Source: Armatimonadota bacterium
GTDB lineage: Bacteria; Armatimonadota; Zipacnadia; Zipacnadales; FEN-943
NCBI GenBank assembly: GCA_029777735.1
Contig: JAKORR010000405.1
Coordinates: 1-31,744, forward strand
Length of the DNA stretch: 31,744 nt
Direction of reading: 5' to 3'
This document shows positions 17,529 through 26,081 of this stretch, piece by piece. Every line of letters starts with the position of its first letter. Positions within the stretch are counted from its first letter, which is position 1. The notes under the pieces were generated by a model that was not told the DNA's origin, made no database searches, and worked only from the letters and a program-made list of their open reading frames with translations. Made by a program: the position numbers and the translations under genes.

Positions 17529-18905
17529 ATGAACCTCATCTGTATCATGCTGGATAGCTTTCGGCAGGACCACGTGGGTGTCTATCACCAGGGCAAGCAG
17601 CCCTTTGACTGCCTTCCGGCTTGCAACACCCCCAACCTCGACCGGTTCGCCGAGAGCGCCGTCGTGCTGGACAACTGCTACCCTGACGGCCTCCCCACAA
17701 TCCCCGTACGCACTTGCCTGATGACCGGGCAGCGCACTCTTTCCTTCAGGCCCTGGCAGCCTCTCACTGCCGAGGACGTCACCGTAGCCGACTTCCTCCG
17801 CGGCGAGGGCTACGTATGCGGGATTATCTCGGATTGCTACCACTACCGCGCGCCGGGGATGAATTTCCACCGCAACTACAACTGCTACCGGTGGATCCGT
17901 GGCCAGGAGTACGACCCCTACGTCAGCTCGCCCACGAAGCGCAACGTAGACGACTACGTCAACGACAACTACGACGAGCAGTGGCGCGGCCGTGTGGCGC
18001 AGTTCTTGGCGAATACCGACGACTTCAAACAGGAAAGCGACTGGTTCCCGGCTCAGGTCACTGAACAGTCGGTGGAATGGCTGCGCGCCAACCGGGTGCA
18101 CAAGAATCTGTTCCTCTGGATCGACTACTTCGAACCCCACGAGCCCTGGGACCCGCCCGTTCGCTTTGATACCTACACCGACCCCAACTACACCGGCAAG
18201 CGCCTCATCCTGCCTATGGGCGGACTAGCGAGCGAGTGGGCCAAGGAGGATGAGATACGTTATATCCAGGGCCTTTATGCCGGAGAGGCAGCCTTTGTGG
18301 ACCATAATTTGGGTCCCCTGTTCGAAACCCTCGAGGCCGAAGGCTACTACGAGGACAGCATCATCTTCGTCATAGCCGACCACGGCCACCCGCTGGCCGA
18401 CCACGGCAAGTTCCTCAAGGGGCCGGACCGAATGTATAGCGAGCTTCTAAAGGTTCCCTTCATCGTGCGTCTACCCAGCGGCAGGAACGGCGGTCTGCGT
18501 AGCTCTGCTCTCCTCCAGTTCCAGGACGTCCTCCCCACCATGCTCGACCTCATGGGCTTGGGCAACAATATCTCGTCCATGCACGGCAAGAGCTTCCGCT
18601 CCGTCCTCGAAGGCGACGCGCAGCACTTCCATACCAGTATCATCACTGGCTTCAAGGAGGGCGTTGACCGCTGCATCCGTGATGAGACATGGAGCTACGT
18701 CTCTCGGCCGGCTAACGAGCCTGACGAACTCTATAATCTGGTCGAGGACCCGCGCGAAACCAACAACCTAATCGACGAACACCCGGCAGAAGCTCTACGG
18801 CTCGCCTCTGCCTTTGGTAGCTACTTTCGTAGGCGCGGGAGTGGCCCCACACCCGTGAAGGGCGTGCAAGGCAAGTACGAAATGGCCTCGGGAAGCGTGG
18901 ACTAA
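17529..18905 (+). CDS. Cytoplasmic sulfatase-like hydrolase (alkaline phosphatase superfamily) with TxPxR motif
   Basis: MLDSFRQD, TPNLDRFA, PTIPVRTCLMTG, PHEPWDPP, ADHG, KVPFIVRLP and DELYNLVEDPRETNNL. No signal peptide. Confidence 0.85.
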   Translation: MNLICIMLDSFRQDHVGVYHQGKQPFDCLPACNTPNLDRFAESAVVLDNCYPDGLPTIPVRTCLMTGQRTLSFRPWQPLTAEDVTVADFLRGEGYVCGIISDCYHYRAPGMNFHRNYNCYRWIRGQEYDPYVSSPTKRNVDDYVNDNYDEQWRGRVAQFLANTDDFKQESDWFPAQVTEQSVEWLRANRVHKNLFLWIDYFEPHEPWDPPVRFDTYTDPNYTGKRLILPMGGLASEWAKEDEIRYIQGLYAGEAAFVDHNLGPLFETLEAEGYYEDSIIFVIADHGHPLADHGKFLKGPDRMYSELLKVPFIVRLPSGRNGGLRSSALLQFQDVLPTMLDLMGLGNNISSMHGKSFRSVLEGDAQHFHTSIITGFKEGVDRCIRDETWSYVSRPANEPDELYNLVEDPRETNNLIDEHPAEALRLASAFGSYFRRRGSGPTPVKGVQGKYEMASGSVD

Positions 18906-19047
18906 CCCCCTGGCGAGGCCTCTCAGCCCGTGCTCCCAGCCTATGCTGAGGACTTCGTGCCCCAGCTTCCTGCTTCCCTCTGCAGCCGAGACTCCGGCAT
19001 CCCGCCAACACTGCTGCGCGGGTAAGAGGCTCCACGGGGCCGAGGGT

Positions 19048-19118
19048 CCTGGGGGGCCAAGGCAAAGCCCCAGGGTCTTCAACAGCCCCTTTCCTCCTAG
19101 GGATGGCGTCCCTAGAGG
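19048..19118. repeat. Two short hairpins between convergent genes (REP-like or terminator-like)
   Basis: CCTGGGG...CCCCAGG (19048-19074) and CTAGGGA-TGGCG-TCCCTAG (19097-19115). Confidence 0.4.
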
Positions 19119-19188
19119 CTCGCGCAGTGCAGTTTGGGCCTTTCAAATTCCTCACCATCCCTCGGGAGGTGGCCCTCACCCACTGCGG

Positions 19189-19968
19189 TCACGCGCCCCA
19201 ACGTCTTTCGATTTCGGCCGCGCAGCGTTTGAGCCCGTCGAGTATCTGAGTCGGTCGGGGTGAGGCGAACCGCACCGCTGGCACGGTGACGCCCAGCGCC
19301 GCGACGACACGTCCCAGCGGGTCCCGCAGCGGCACTGCCAGGGCGCACACACCAGCAGCGGCTTCCTCTCGCGTGACGGCATAGCCCTGTGTGCGCACGC
19401 CTTCAAGTTCCCGGCGGATGTCTTCGAGGGAGGTTAGGCTCCGAGGAGCCCTCTGGCGCAGGTCCAGCCGTGCCAGGAGGGCCTCACGTCGGTCCTCAGG
19501 TAGATGCGCCAGGAGCACCTTACCTGTCGCCATTACATGCGGCTCATCGCGGCTTTCCAGGCCGTGGGACACGGAGAGGGCCTGGTCAGCGTGTATTTCG
19601 AGAAGGCCTAACACGCGGTCGCCACGCAGCTCACCCAGATAGACAGTCTCATTGAGCAGGCGGGCCAGAGTAGCCATCGGTGCCCTGGCGAGGGTTACCC
19701 GATCGCACCGTGACAGCCACCTCTGCGACAGCTTATGCACCTGTGGTCCGAGCTGATAAGGTCCGCCGCGTTCAGGTTGAAAGACCAGTTCGTGTCGCTC
19801 AAGCGACCGCAGGAGGGTCTGCGCCGTCTGTGGCTTGACCCCTAGGGCCGCGGCCAGGTCGCCCAGACCCAGGCCCACGGGTTGGTCGGCGAGTAGTTCG
19901 AGCACTCGCGCGGCCCGGTCTACGGTACTCAGCCCCTTCACCTCTCCCCTGCCGGTTCTGGTGCTCAT
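19189..19968 (-). CDS. IclR family transcriptional regulator
   Basis: ATG 19968 after GGAGG. STVDRAARVLELL...LAAALGVKPQTAQTLLRSL HTH, and ATGKVLLA...VRTQGYAV...GVCALAVPL effector domain. Confidence 0.93.
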   Translation of the reverse strand: MSTRTGRGEVKGLSTVDRAARVLELLADQPVGLGLGDLAAALGVKPQTAQTLLRSLERHELVFQPERGGPYQLGPQVHKLSQRWLSRCDRVTLARAPMATLARLLNETVYLGELRGDRVLGLLEIHADQALSVSHGLESRDEPHVMATGKVLLAHLPEDRREALLARLDLRQRAPRSLTSLEDIRRELEGVRTQGYAVTREEAAAGVCALAVPLRDPLGRVVAALGVTVPAVRFASPRPTQILDGLKRCAAEIERRWGA

Positions 19969-19984
19969 AGGACGCCTCCGTCTA

Positions 19985-20042
19985 TTGACTACGAGATAAT
20001 AGTATGCTATACGATTATATCGTATTTGATTACAACACTCAA
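19985..20042. promoter_or_regulatory. Overlapping divergent promoters with a shared palindromic operator
   Basis: Minus strand: TTGAGT (20042-20037), 17 bp, TATAAT (20019-20014). Plus strand: TTGACT (19985-19990), 17 bp, TATACG (20008-20013) preceded by TG. Inverted repeat ATACGAT-TAT-ATCGTAT at 20009-20025. Confidence 0.7.
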
Positions 20043-20059
20043 CAAGGATGGGGACTGCC

Positions 20060-21073
20060 ATGATCACCGCGCAGCAGGTCAAGGACTACGCCAGGCAGTG
20101 CGGCGCCGACCTCGTCGGAATAGGCGATGTTCAGCGCTTCGAGGGTGCTCCGCCGGGCTTTGATCCCCGCTATATCTTCCCCGAGGCGAAGGTCCTCATC
20201 GGTTTTGCCTTCCGCATCCCGCGCGGCTATCTCCGCGGCATCGAAGAGGGGACGCACTTCTACCAGTATCCGGCTCTGGGATATTCGAGCATCAACGAAG
20301 TCTATGCGCCATCGGTGCTGCGCGAAGTAGCGTGTATGGTGGAGGATCACGGCTACGAGGGTGTAGCCCTACGCAACTATGGCTGCAACAGCATCGTGTC
20401 GGACATGACCGGCGACCCAGAGGAGCCTGCGGAGTACGGCCGACGCCTGCGATACTCACGCGCGGTGAGGCCCAACCAGCCGCCCCCGGACGTCTTTCTG
20501 CATTTCCGTATAGGCGCGTACATCTGCGGTCTGGGTGAGATAGGCCACAGCAAGGTGTTCATCACGCCTGAATATGGCCCACGTCAACGCTTCGCCTTCA
20601 TGCTGACGGACGCCCCTTTGGAACCGGATCCTATCTACGAGGGCCCGACGCTGTGCGATCGGTGTATGAGTTGCGTGGCGGAGTGCCCGATAGGGGCCAT
20701 CAGCGCGGATGAGCTCGTGACAATCAACGTCGAGGGGCACGAAGTCCAGTGGGGAAAATTAGACGAGTGGCAATGTTTCTGGGCCTACTGGAGCGGGCTG
20801 GCGGAAGTGAATCCGTTCCTACCGCCGGACGCTTTTGCGGATCTGCCGGATGGAGACAAGATCCTCAGAGGGGAACGGAAGCTGACGCCCCAAGAAGTGT
20901 GTGAGGTGCATCGGCGTCTAAGGGCCTTCTACCCGTCACCGGGGGGCTATGGGCCGGCCATGTGTGGGGGGAGGGGATGTATCCGGGCCTGCATGGTGCA
21001 TCTGGAGGAACGCGGTGTACTCAAGCAGCACTTCGAGGGCCCCTTCCGCAAACGCCGCCCTTGGTGGCACTAG
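20060..21073 (+). CDS. Epoxyqueuosine reductase / reductive dehalogenase-like Fe-S protein (probably cobalamin-binding)
   Basis: VKDYARQCGADLVGIG, GLGEIGHSKVFITPEYGPRQRFAFMLTDAPLEPD, CDRCMSCVAECPIGAI and CGGRGCIRAC. ATG 20048 is an alternative start. Confidence 0.75.
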   Translation: MITAQQVKDYARQCGADLVGIGDVQRFEGAPPGFDPRYIFPEAKVLIGFAFRIPRGYLRGIEEGTHFYQYPALGYSSINEVYAPSVLREVACMVEDHGYEGVALRNYGCNSIVSDMTGDPEEPAEYGRRLRYSRAVRPNQPPPDVFLHFRIGAYICGLGEIGHSKVFITPEYGPRQRFAFMLTDAPLEPDPIYEGPTLCDRCMSCVAECPIGAISADELVTINVEGHEVQWGKLDEWQCFWAYWSGLAEVNPFLPPDAFADLPDGDKILRGERKLTPQEVCEVHRRLRAFYPSPGGYGPAMCGGRGCIRACMVHLEERGVLKQHFEGPFRKRRPWWH

Positions 21074-21433
21074 CCCAACAGGGCTGTGGTAGGCGGGTGG
21101 GACCTAGAGGAGTTCGGCCTCCACCACCAATATAGGCCGGCGGGTGAGCCTTGGCCTTCGATGGGCCGGCGGTTTATCGTAACCTACGCCCAGACCCCGA
21201 ATATACAGCGCTGAAAGCCCAGGCAGAGTAACTGGGACGCCCTTGAGGCCTCTCTACCGAGGCCAGGGTAATGAGAAGCAGGCTGAGTACAACAGTGGGA
21301 GAGTGCAACGAGAGAATCGAGACTCTCCCTGGCCGAAAACACGATTTGCCACCGGTCAGGCTCCCTTTGAAGGCAAAGAACCTGGACGGGCGGGAAGCCG
21401 TTGCAACCCGCAAGTGCAGGGCAAGGAACGGGT

Positions 21434-22438
21434 CTAGGCCATCATCTCGGCGATGTCGACAGGCGCTCCCCGCTGATCGCTAAGGATCGCACCGAAGACC
21501 ATGGCGAGGGTTTTCAGGTTGTCTTGGGCGCTGCACTCAGGCTCGCGGCCCTCCTTGATGGCGGAGACGAACTCGCGGAGCACAAGGTGCGGGTCGCTAG
21601 CAGGCAAGGCGTCGCAGGGAAGGACCCGATCCTGAGCCTCGTCGGGGGGCCAGGAGCGCACGTAGCGGAGGTCCTCGTCCTCCCAGGTGAAGCTGCCCTT
21701 GGCGCCTTCGATACGCAGCTCGCCATCCCAGGAGGAGGGTTTGCCAACGCTACAGCCGAGGGCGTGGTGGATGACCATGAGGCCATTGTCGAACTCGAAG
21801 AGCACGTTGTGGCCGACGTCGCCCTTGTGCCAGCCCCAGGGGGCGTTCCAAGTCTTGGCCCAGACGCGCACAGGGTCGCTGTTGAGGACGTAGCGCAGAG
21901 TATCGAAGTGGTGGACGGCCATTTCGATGAGCAGGGCGTAGTCGATGAGGACGTAGTGACGGCCGGTGCCCCAGGGGCGGTAGAAGCCCATGGAGACGGT
22001 GTTGATGTCGCCGAGGAAGCCCTCATCGAGGAGGCGGCGAGTAGTGCGCGGCAGGGGCCTGAAGCGATAGTTTTGGGTAACCATATAGGTCTTTCCGGAG
22101 GAGGCAGCCAAGGCGGCGATGCGGCGGGCCATAGGCCAGTCTTCGCCCATGGCCTTTTCGGCAAGGACATGAAGGCCAGCGGAGAGAGACTTTTCGGCCA
22201 CGGCCTCGCGAGCACTGGGGGGCGTGACGTCGAGGACGAAGTCCGCCTCAACGGCGGCCAGGGCGTTGTCGAGGGAGGTAAAGCACTGGTCGTCGGTGAG
22301 GTTGAACTGCTCGATGGCCTGTTTGCGGTGCTCGTCGACGGGTTCGACAAAGCCGACCATGTTGACGAGGTCGCTCTCGCGGGTGATCTGAGCCCAGAAC
22401 CTACCGCGTCCTCCGAGGCCAACAAGGATTCCTCGCAT
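21434..22438 (-). CDS. Gfo/Idh/MocA family NAD(P)-dependent oxidoreductase
   Basis: MRGILVGLGGRG, HVLAEKAM, TQNYRF and EMAVHHFD. AAAGGAG lies upstream. The ORF-track 440-aa version is over-extended into the neighbouring gene. Confidence 0.9.
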   Translation of the reverse strand: MRGILVGLGGRGRFWAQITRESDLVNMVGFVEPVDEHRKQAIEQFNLTDDQCFTSLDNALAAVEADFVLDVTPPSAREAVAEKSLSAGLHVLAEKAMGEDWPMARRIAALAASSGKTYMVTQNYRFRPLPRTTRRLLDEGFLGDINTVSMGFYRPWGTGRHYVLIDYALLIEMAVHHFDTLRYVLNSDPVRVWAKTWNAPWGWHKGDVGHNVLFEFDNGLMVIHHALGCSVGKPSSWDGELRIEGAKGSFTWEDEDLRYVRSWPPDEAQDRVLPCDALPASDPHLVLREFVSAIKEGREPECSAQDNLKTLAMVFGAILSDQRGAPVDIAEMMA

Positions 22439-22568
22439 AGTGTCATCTATCTCCTTTGCCGACAGGTCACACAAGCGACGGGTGCCTGTCATGATTGGGG
22501 TCGCAGCCGGACGGGATCTTCTTCGCGCACGAAGGCCGTCGTCCTGCAGGAGAGGAGAGACGAGAGGT

Positions 22569-23792
22569 TCAGGCGTATCGCTCGGCGAGGTCGATAGCCA
22601 ACCGCGCCCACTCGCGCAGGCGCTGGGGATGGCCAGCCAAGGTCTCGATCTCGCGCAGGACGATCTGGTAGTGACAGCCCTGGAGCTTTCGCAGGCCCTC
22701 ATCCAGGTGTGCGCGGATGGGTTCGAGGTCGTCGGAGAGGATGACGGTGGCAGCATGCTGGCGCCACATGATGGTGTAGCGTCTCCCGCAGGCCTCGAGG
22801 ACGCGATCGAGGTCGGTCCACGCTGAGCAGACGAAGATGCGCAGGTTCGGGATGCGCAGGACGATACTGATTTTCTGCGTGAGGTCCTCGCAGCAGCCGT
22901 ACTGCACGGCGCCGTACTGCTGTAGCAGGGGGATCTGGTAGTTGAGGAGGAACTCCTCCTGCATTCGCGGGGAGACCATCTGGAACTCCTGGCTGTTGGC
23001 GGCGACCCAGAGGTGGTGGAGGCGGATTCTACCGTTGGGAGGCGCGCCGTTGACAGGGTCGCTGCAGAACATGGGCTCGTGGTGGTTGGTGGTGAGCAGG
23101 CCCGTGTCCTCGGCGACTCGTTGGGCGCGCAGGACGCTCTCGGTGAGCTTGGCCATGGCCCGATGGATCAGGTGAGGGTGGAAGGCGAGGTCATCGAGCA
23201 TGGCTGCCATGCCGCGGAGCTGGTCGAGATAAACGCTGAGGTGAGGACCTAAGGGCGGCTGGCAGACGAGGCGCACGGGCATCACATCGGCGAGCAGGTC
23301 GTGCATCTTGGCGAGGGCGTCATCGGTGCGAGCCGCGTTGTAGGTGTAGGTAGGGACAGTGATACGTTCGTAGTCCGCCTCGGTCTTGATGGGTGGATCA
23401 TAGCGAAAGCCGCCGAGGTGAGTAGAGCCGATCAGGTGGCCGGTAGGCAGGCCCCAGGGGTGGGGGCTGTCACACTTCCAGACTGCGGCGACGTCCCACC
23501 AGGGTTCGACGATGTGGTCGTCGCCTACCCAGTCCTTGTACAGGTGCTGGCGCAGCGTGTACTCGACGCCACGGCAGAGGGTGTCGGTGCACTGAAGCGA
23601 CTCGGGGGGGAGCAGCTCCTTCCACGCACCAGCTGGTCGGCACCAGACAGGCGCGCGATCGGACTTGCGGCGCTCGTTGGCGTTGCGCCAGCGCCTGCGG
23701 CGGGCTTCGTACTCGTCGCTGGTGGCGAGGGCCATGACTCGGTGAGCTAGCTCGCGGACGATTGTGACGTCGTGAGATGGAAAGGACGGCAT
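22569..23792 (-). CDS. Uroporphyrinogen decarboxylase / methyltransferase (URO-D-like) superfamily hypothetical protein
   Basis: ATG 23792 after GGGAGAG. NSQEFQMVSPRMQEEFLLNYQIPLL..YG..QYGCCEDL...IPNLR matches the pattern I associate with URO-D-like TIM barrels of unknown function. Confidence 0.55.
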   Translation of the reverse strand: MPSFPSHDVTIVRELAHRVMALATSDEYEARRRRWRNANERRKSDRAPVWCRPAGAWKELLPPESLQCTDTLCRGVEYTLRQHLYKDWVGDDHIVEPWWDVAAVWKCDSPHPWGLPTGHLIGSTHLGGFRYDPPIKTEADYERITVPTYTYNAARTDDALAKMHDLLADVMPVRLVCQPPLGPHLSVYLDQLRGMAAMLDDLAFHPHLIHRAMAKLTESVLRAQRVAEDTGLLTTNHHEPMFCSDPVNGAPPNGRIRLHHLWVAANSQEFQMVSPRMQEEFLLNYQIPLLQQYGAVQYGCCEDLTQKISIVLRIPNLRIFVCSAWTDLDRVLEACGRRYTIMWRQHAATVILSDDLEPIRAHLDEGLRKLQGCHYQIVLREIETLAGHPQRLREWARLAIDLAERYA

Positions 23793-23981
23793 GAGTCGTC
23801 TCTCCCCCAGCGGTGTGGTAAGGGGCTGCAGGCGGTTATGCAACGGCAGCCCGGCCTCAGTGCAGAGCTATTCGCGGGGTTGGGGCGGTGGACCTTGGGC
23901 GCGCTGATTGGGGCCGGCAAGGTAGGTGGCGCGGGCGCGCCGCGGAATAGGCAAGCCGAACGAAGTCAGGAGGTGCCGAGG

Positions 23982-26006
23982 ATGGCCTTGTCACTGCACG
24001 TTTTGTGCCTTGCGGCCCTTACGGGCCTGACTGCCGCGTCCCCGGGCATGAGCCTGCACACGCAGGTTGTGGGGACGGTGAAGGTGATACTGATGCAAGC
24101 GGAAGGTGAGGGGCAGACGGCGCAGGTAAGGGTGTGGGTGGTGGATGCGATGGACAACGTGCTGCGCAGTGCGACTCCGCCAGCGGAAGGGCCGAAGGAG
24201 ATTGTGCTGGAGGGAGGACGAGGGGAGTGGGAGAGCGGGCAGCTCGTGGTGCGCGGCAGTATGGCGATAAGGGGGCTGCGCGCGGCGATTGGAGAGCTGA
24301 CGTCCGAAGACGGGGGGCGGATTGCGGCGGAGGAGCTGCGGTGCCGGTTCGTGGGGTATGTAGGGGTGGAGAAGAACACGGCCGACACGCCGGCGGAGGA
24401 GCTGGTGGGTCCGGCGCCGGGTGAGTTCCCCGATCCGTTGCTCGAGGACGAGAGCGTGGACGTGCCTGCTGAGACGGCTCAGCCTGTGTGGTTAACTGTA
24501 CATCTTCCGGAGAACACGCCGCCGGGTGAGTACCGAGGCGAGGTAGAAGTGTCGTGGGAGGGCGGAGGGCAGTCGGTGCCCGTGCGGCTGACAGTCTGGC
24601 CGTTGACGGTGCCAGAGGAGCGTCATCTGTACTTCACCAACTGGGTGTCGGCTGGACACATCGCCAAGCGGTATGGTGTGGAGGCATACTCAGAGGAATT
24701 CTGGCCGATCTTCGAGAAGTTCGTGGCCAACGCCGCGGCGCACCGGCAGAACATAATGTGGGTGACGCCGTCGCTCATCACGGTGTGGCGCGAGGGAGAG
24801 GATCAGTACTCCTATGACTTTTCGCTCTTTGATCGGTGGATCGAGACGTGCGAGAAGCAAGGGGTTGCGGACCTCATCGAGATATCGCAAATCGGCGGGT
24901 TCAAGGACGGGTGGGGCGGCAGGGAGATTGTGCTGCACAACTTTGGGGTGAAGGATCGGGCGTCGGGGAAGGTCGAGTCGCGGCCGGGGGAGGAGGTTCT
25001 GGCGCACCTGCTGCCGGCGTTGCAGGAACACCTGCGAGAGAAGGGCTGGCTGCGACGCACGGTGTTGCACATCGCGGACGAGCCGTCGATCAACAACGTC
25101 AAGTCGTGGAGGGAGAAGGCGGACTGGGTGCGGTCGAAGGCGCCAGAGATTCGCCTGATAGACGCCATCGAAGGGCCGGACTTCGGGGACTCGCTGGACG
25201 TGTGGGTGCCCAAGCTCTCTCACTTCCATAACTGGCAGGACGCCTACGAGCGGGCGCGGGAGCGCGGGGCTGAGCTGTGGTTCTACACCTGCTGCCACCC
25301 GATGGGACGCTATCCGAACAGGTTCGTGGACTACCCGCTGATCAAGACGCGCATTCTGCACTGGCTGAACTGGCGCTATAAGCTGACGGGCTACCTACAC
25401 TGGGGGCTGCTGTTCTGGACGGACGACCCCTTCAAGTCGGTGATAAGCGGAGGACTGCCGCCGGGCGATGCGTGGATTGTGTACCCGGGGCGCGACGGCC
25501 CGATGGACTCGATTCGTTGGGAGACACTGCGGGACGGGATCGAGGACTTTGAGTACCTAGGGCTGCTGCGGGAAACGGCCGAGAGGGTCAAGGCGACGCT
25601 GGGACCAGCCGCGGCCGATTTTGATCCGGCTCAGAGGGCTGATGAGCTATGCTACCAGGCCGCACCCGGGATCCTGGAGTATGTGCGCGATCCCGCCAAG
25701 TTGCGTGAGATTCGGCGGAGCATCGCCAGGGAGATAGCGAGTCTGGAGGAGCTGCCACTGGCCTTGGTATGGACAGAACCGCCCTCGGGCAAGGCACTGG
25801 CGGCGGGGCCGGCGGTAGCTGTGATCTACGTGGCGGCCGAGCCGGGCACTGAAGTGAAGATCAACGGTCGGGAGGTAGAACTGGACGCCACGGGGTTCTG
25901 TGGACAGAATCTCTTCCTGCGGCCTGGCGTTCACCCCATCGAGGTGACGGTGAGCCGTGAGGGGAATACCAAGACTGTGGTGCGGACCGTGACGGTTATT
26001 CAGTAG
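23982..26006 (+). CDS. Secreted GH123-like / DUF4091 glycoside hydrolase (putative beta-N-acetylgalactosaminidase-like)
   Basis: ATG 23982 after AGGAGG, with a signal peptide. GEWESGQLVV, PDPLL, HIADEP (DE dyad), WFYTCC, GYLHWG and YPG...SIRWETLRDGIEDFEYL. Confidence 0.8.
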   Translation: MALSLHVLCLAALTGLTAASPGMSLHTQVVGTVKVILMQAEGEGQTAQVRVWVVDAMDNVLRSATPPAEGPKEIVLEGGRGEWESGQLVVRGSMAIRGLRAAIGELTSEDGGRIAAEELRCRFVGYVGVEKNTADTPAEELVGPAPGEFPDPLLEDESVDVPAETAQPVWLTVHLPENTPPGEYRGEVEVSWEGGGQSVPVRLTVWPLTVPEERHLYFTNWVSAGHIAKRYGVEAYSEEFWPIFEKFVANAAAHRQNIMWVTPSLITVWREGEDQYSYDFSLFDRWIETCEKQGVADLIEISQIGGFKDGWGGREIVLHNFGVKDRASGKVESRPGEEVLAHLLPALQEHLREKGWLRRTVLHIADEPSINNVKSWREKADWVRSKAPEIRLIDAIEGPDFGDSLDVWVPKLSHFHNWQDAYERARERGAELWFYTCCHPMGRYPNRFVDYPLIKTRILHWLNWRYKLTGYLHWGLLFWTDDPFKSVISGGLPPGDAWIVYPGRDGPMDSIRWETLRDGIEDFEYLGLLRETAERVKATLGPAAADFDPAQRADELCYQAAPGILEYVRDPAKLREIRRSIAREIASLEELPLALVWTEPPSGKALAAGPAVAVIYVAAEPGTEVKINGREVELDATGFCGQNLFLRPGVHPIEVTVSREGNTKTVVRTVTVIQ

Positions 26007-26081
26007 CCGGGGCCAGAGAGCGACAGCCTGTCTGAGCTGCCGTTACCTAGGGCAAAACGCAAACCTAGGAGAGGATGGTTG

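Noticed and set aside
20060-21073. Assigning the gene symbol queG
   Set aside because: Only the shared cobalamin/Fe-S core is recognisable. The IclR divergon and the lack of tRNA-modification context argue against orthology.
21514-22446. 310-aa minus-strand ORF whose ATG is well spaced from the AAGGAG SD
   Set aside because: It is a Ser/Pro/Thr-rich alternative frame of the oxidoreductase with no family features. The MRGILVGLGGRG frame carries the Rossmann motif.
21401-22597. 398-aa plus-strand ORF
   Set aside because: It is the in-register antisense shadow of the Gfo/Idh/MocA gene and has no motifs. Stop-free antisense frames are expected at high GC.
23793-23981. Possible cobalamin riboswitch upstream of the URO-D-like gene
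   Set aside because: I could not find the conserved B12-box or the GGGAA/GCCCCCGCAACTGT-type elements on either strand by eye.
26046-26069. GGGCAAAACGCAAACC resembling the c-di-GMP-I riboswitch GCAAA motifs, flanked by CCTAGG twice
   Set aside because: The GNRA tetraloop hairpin and the receptor stem required by that riboswitch are absent, and the space is too short.
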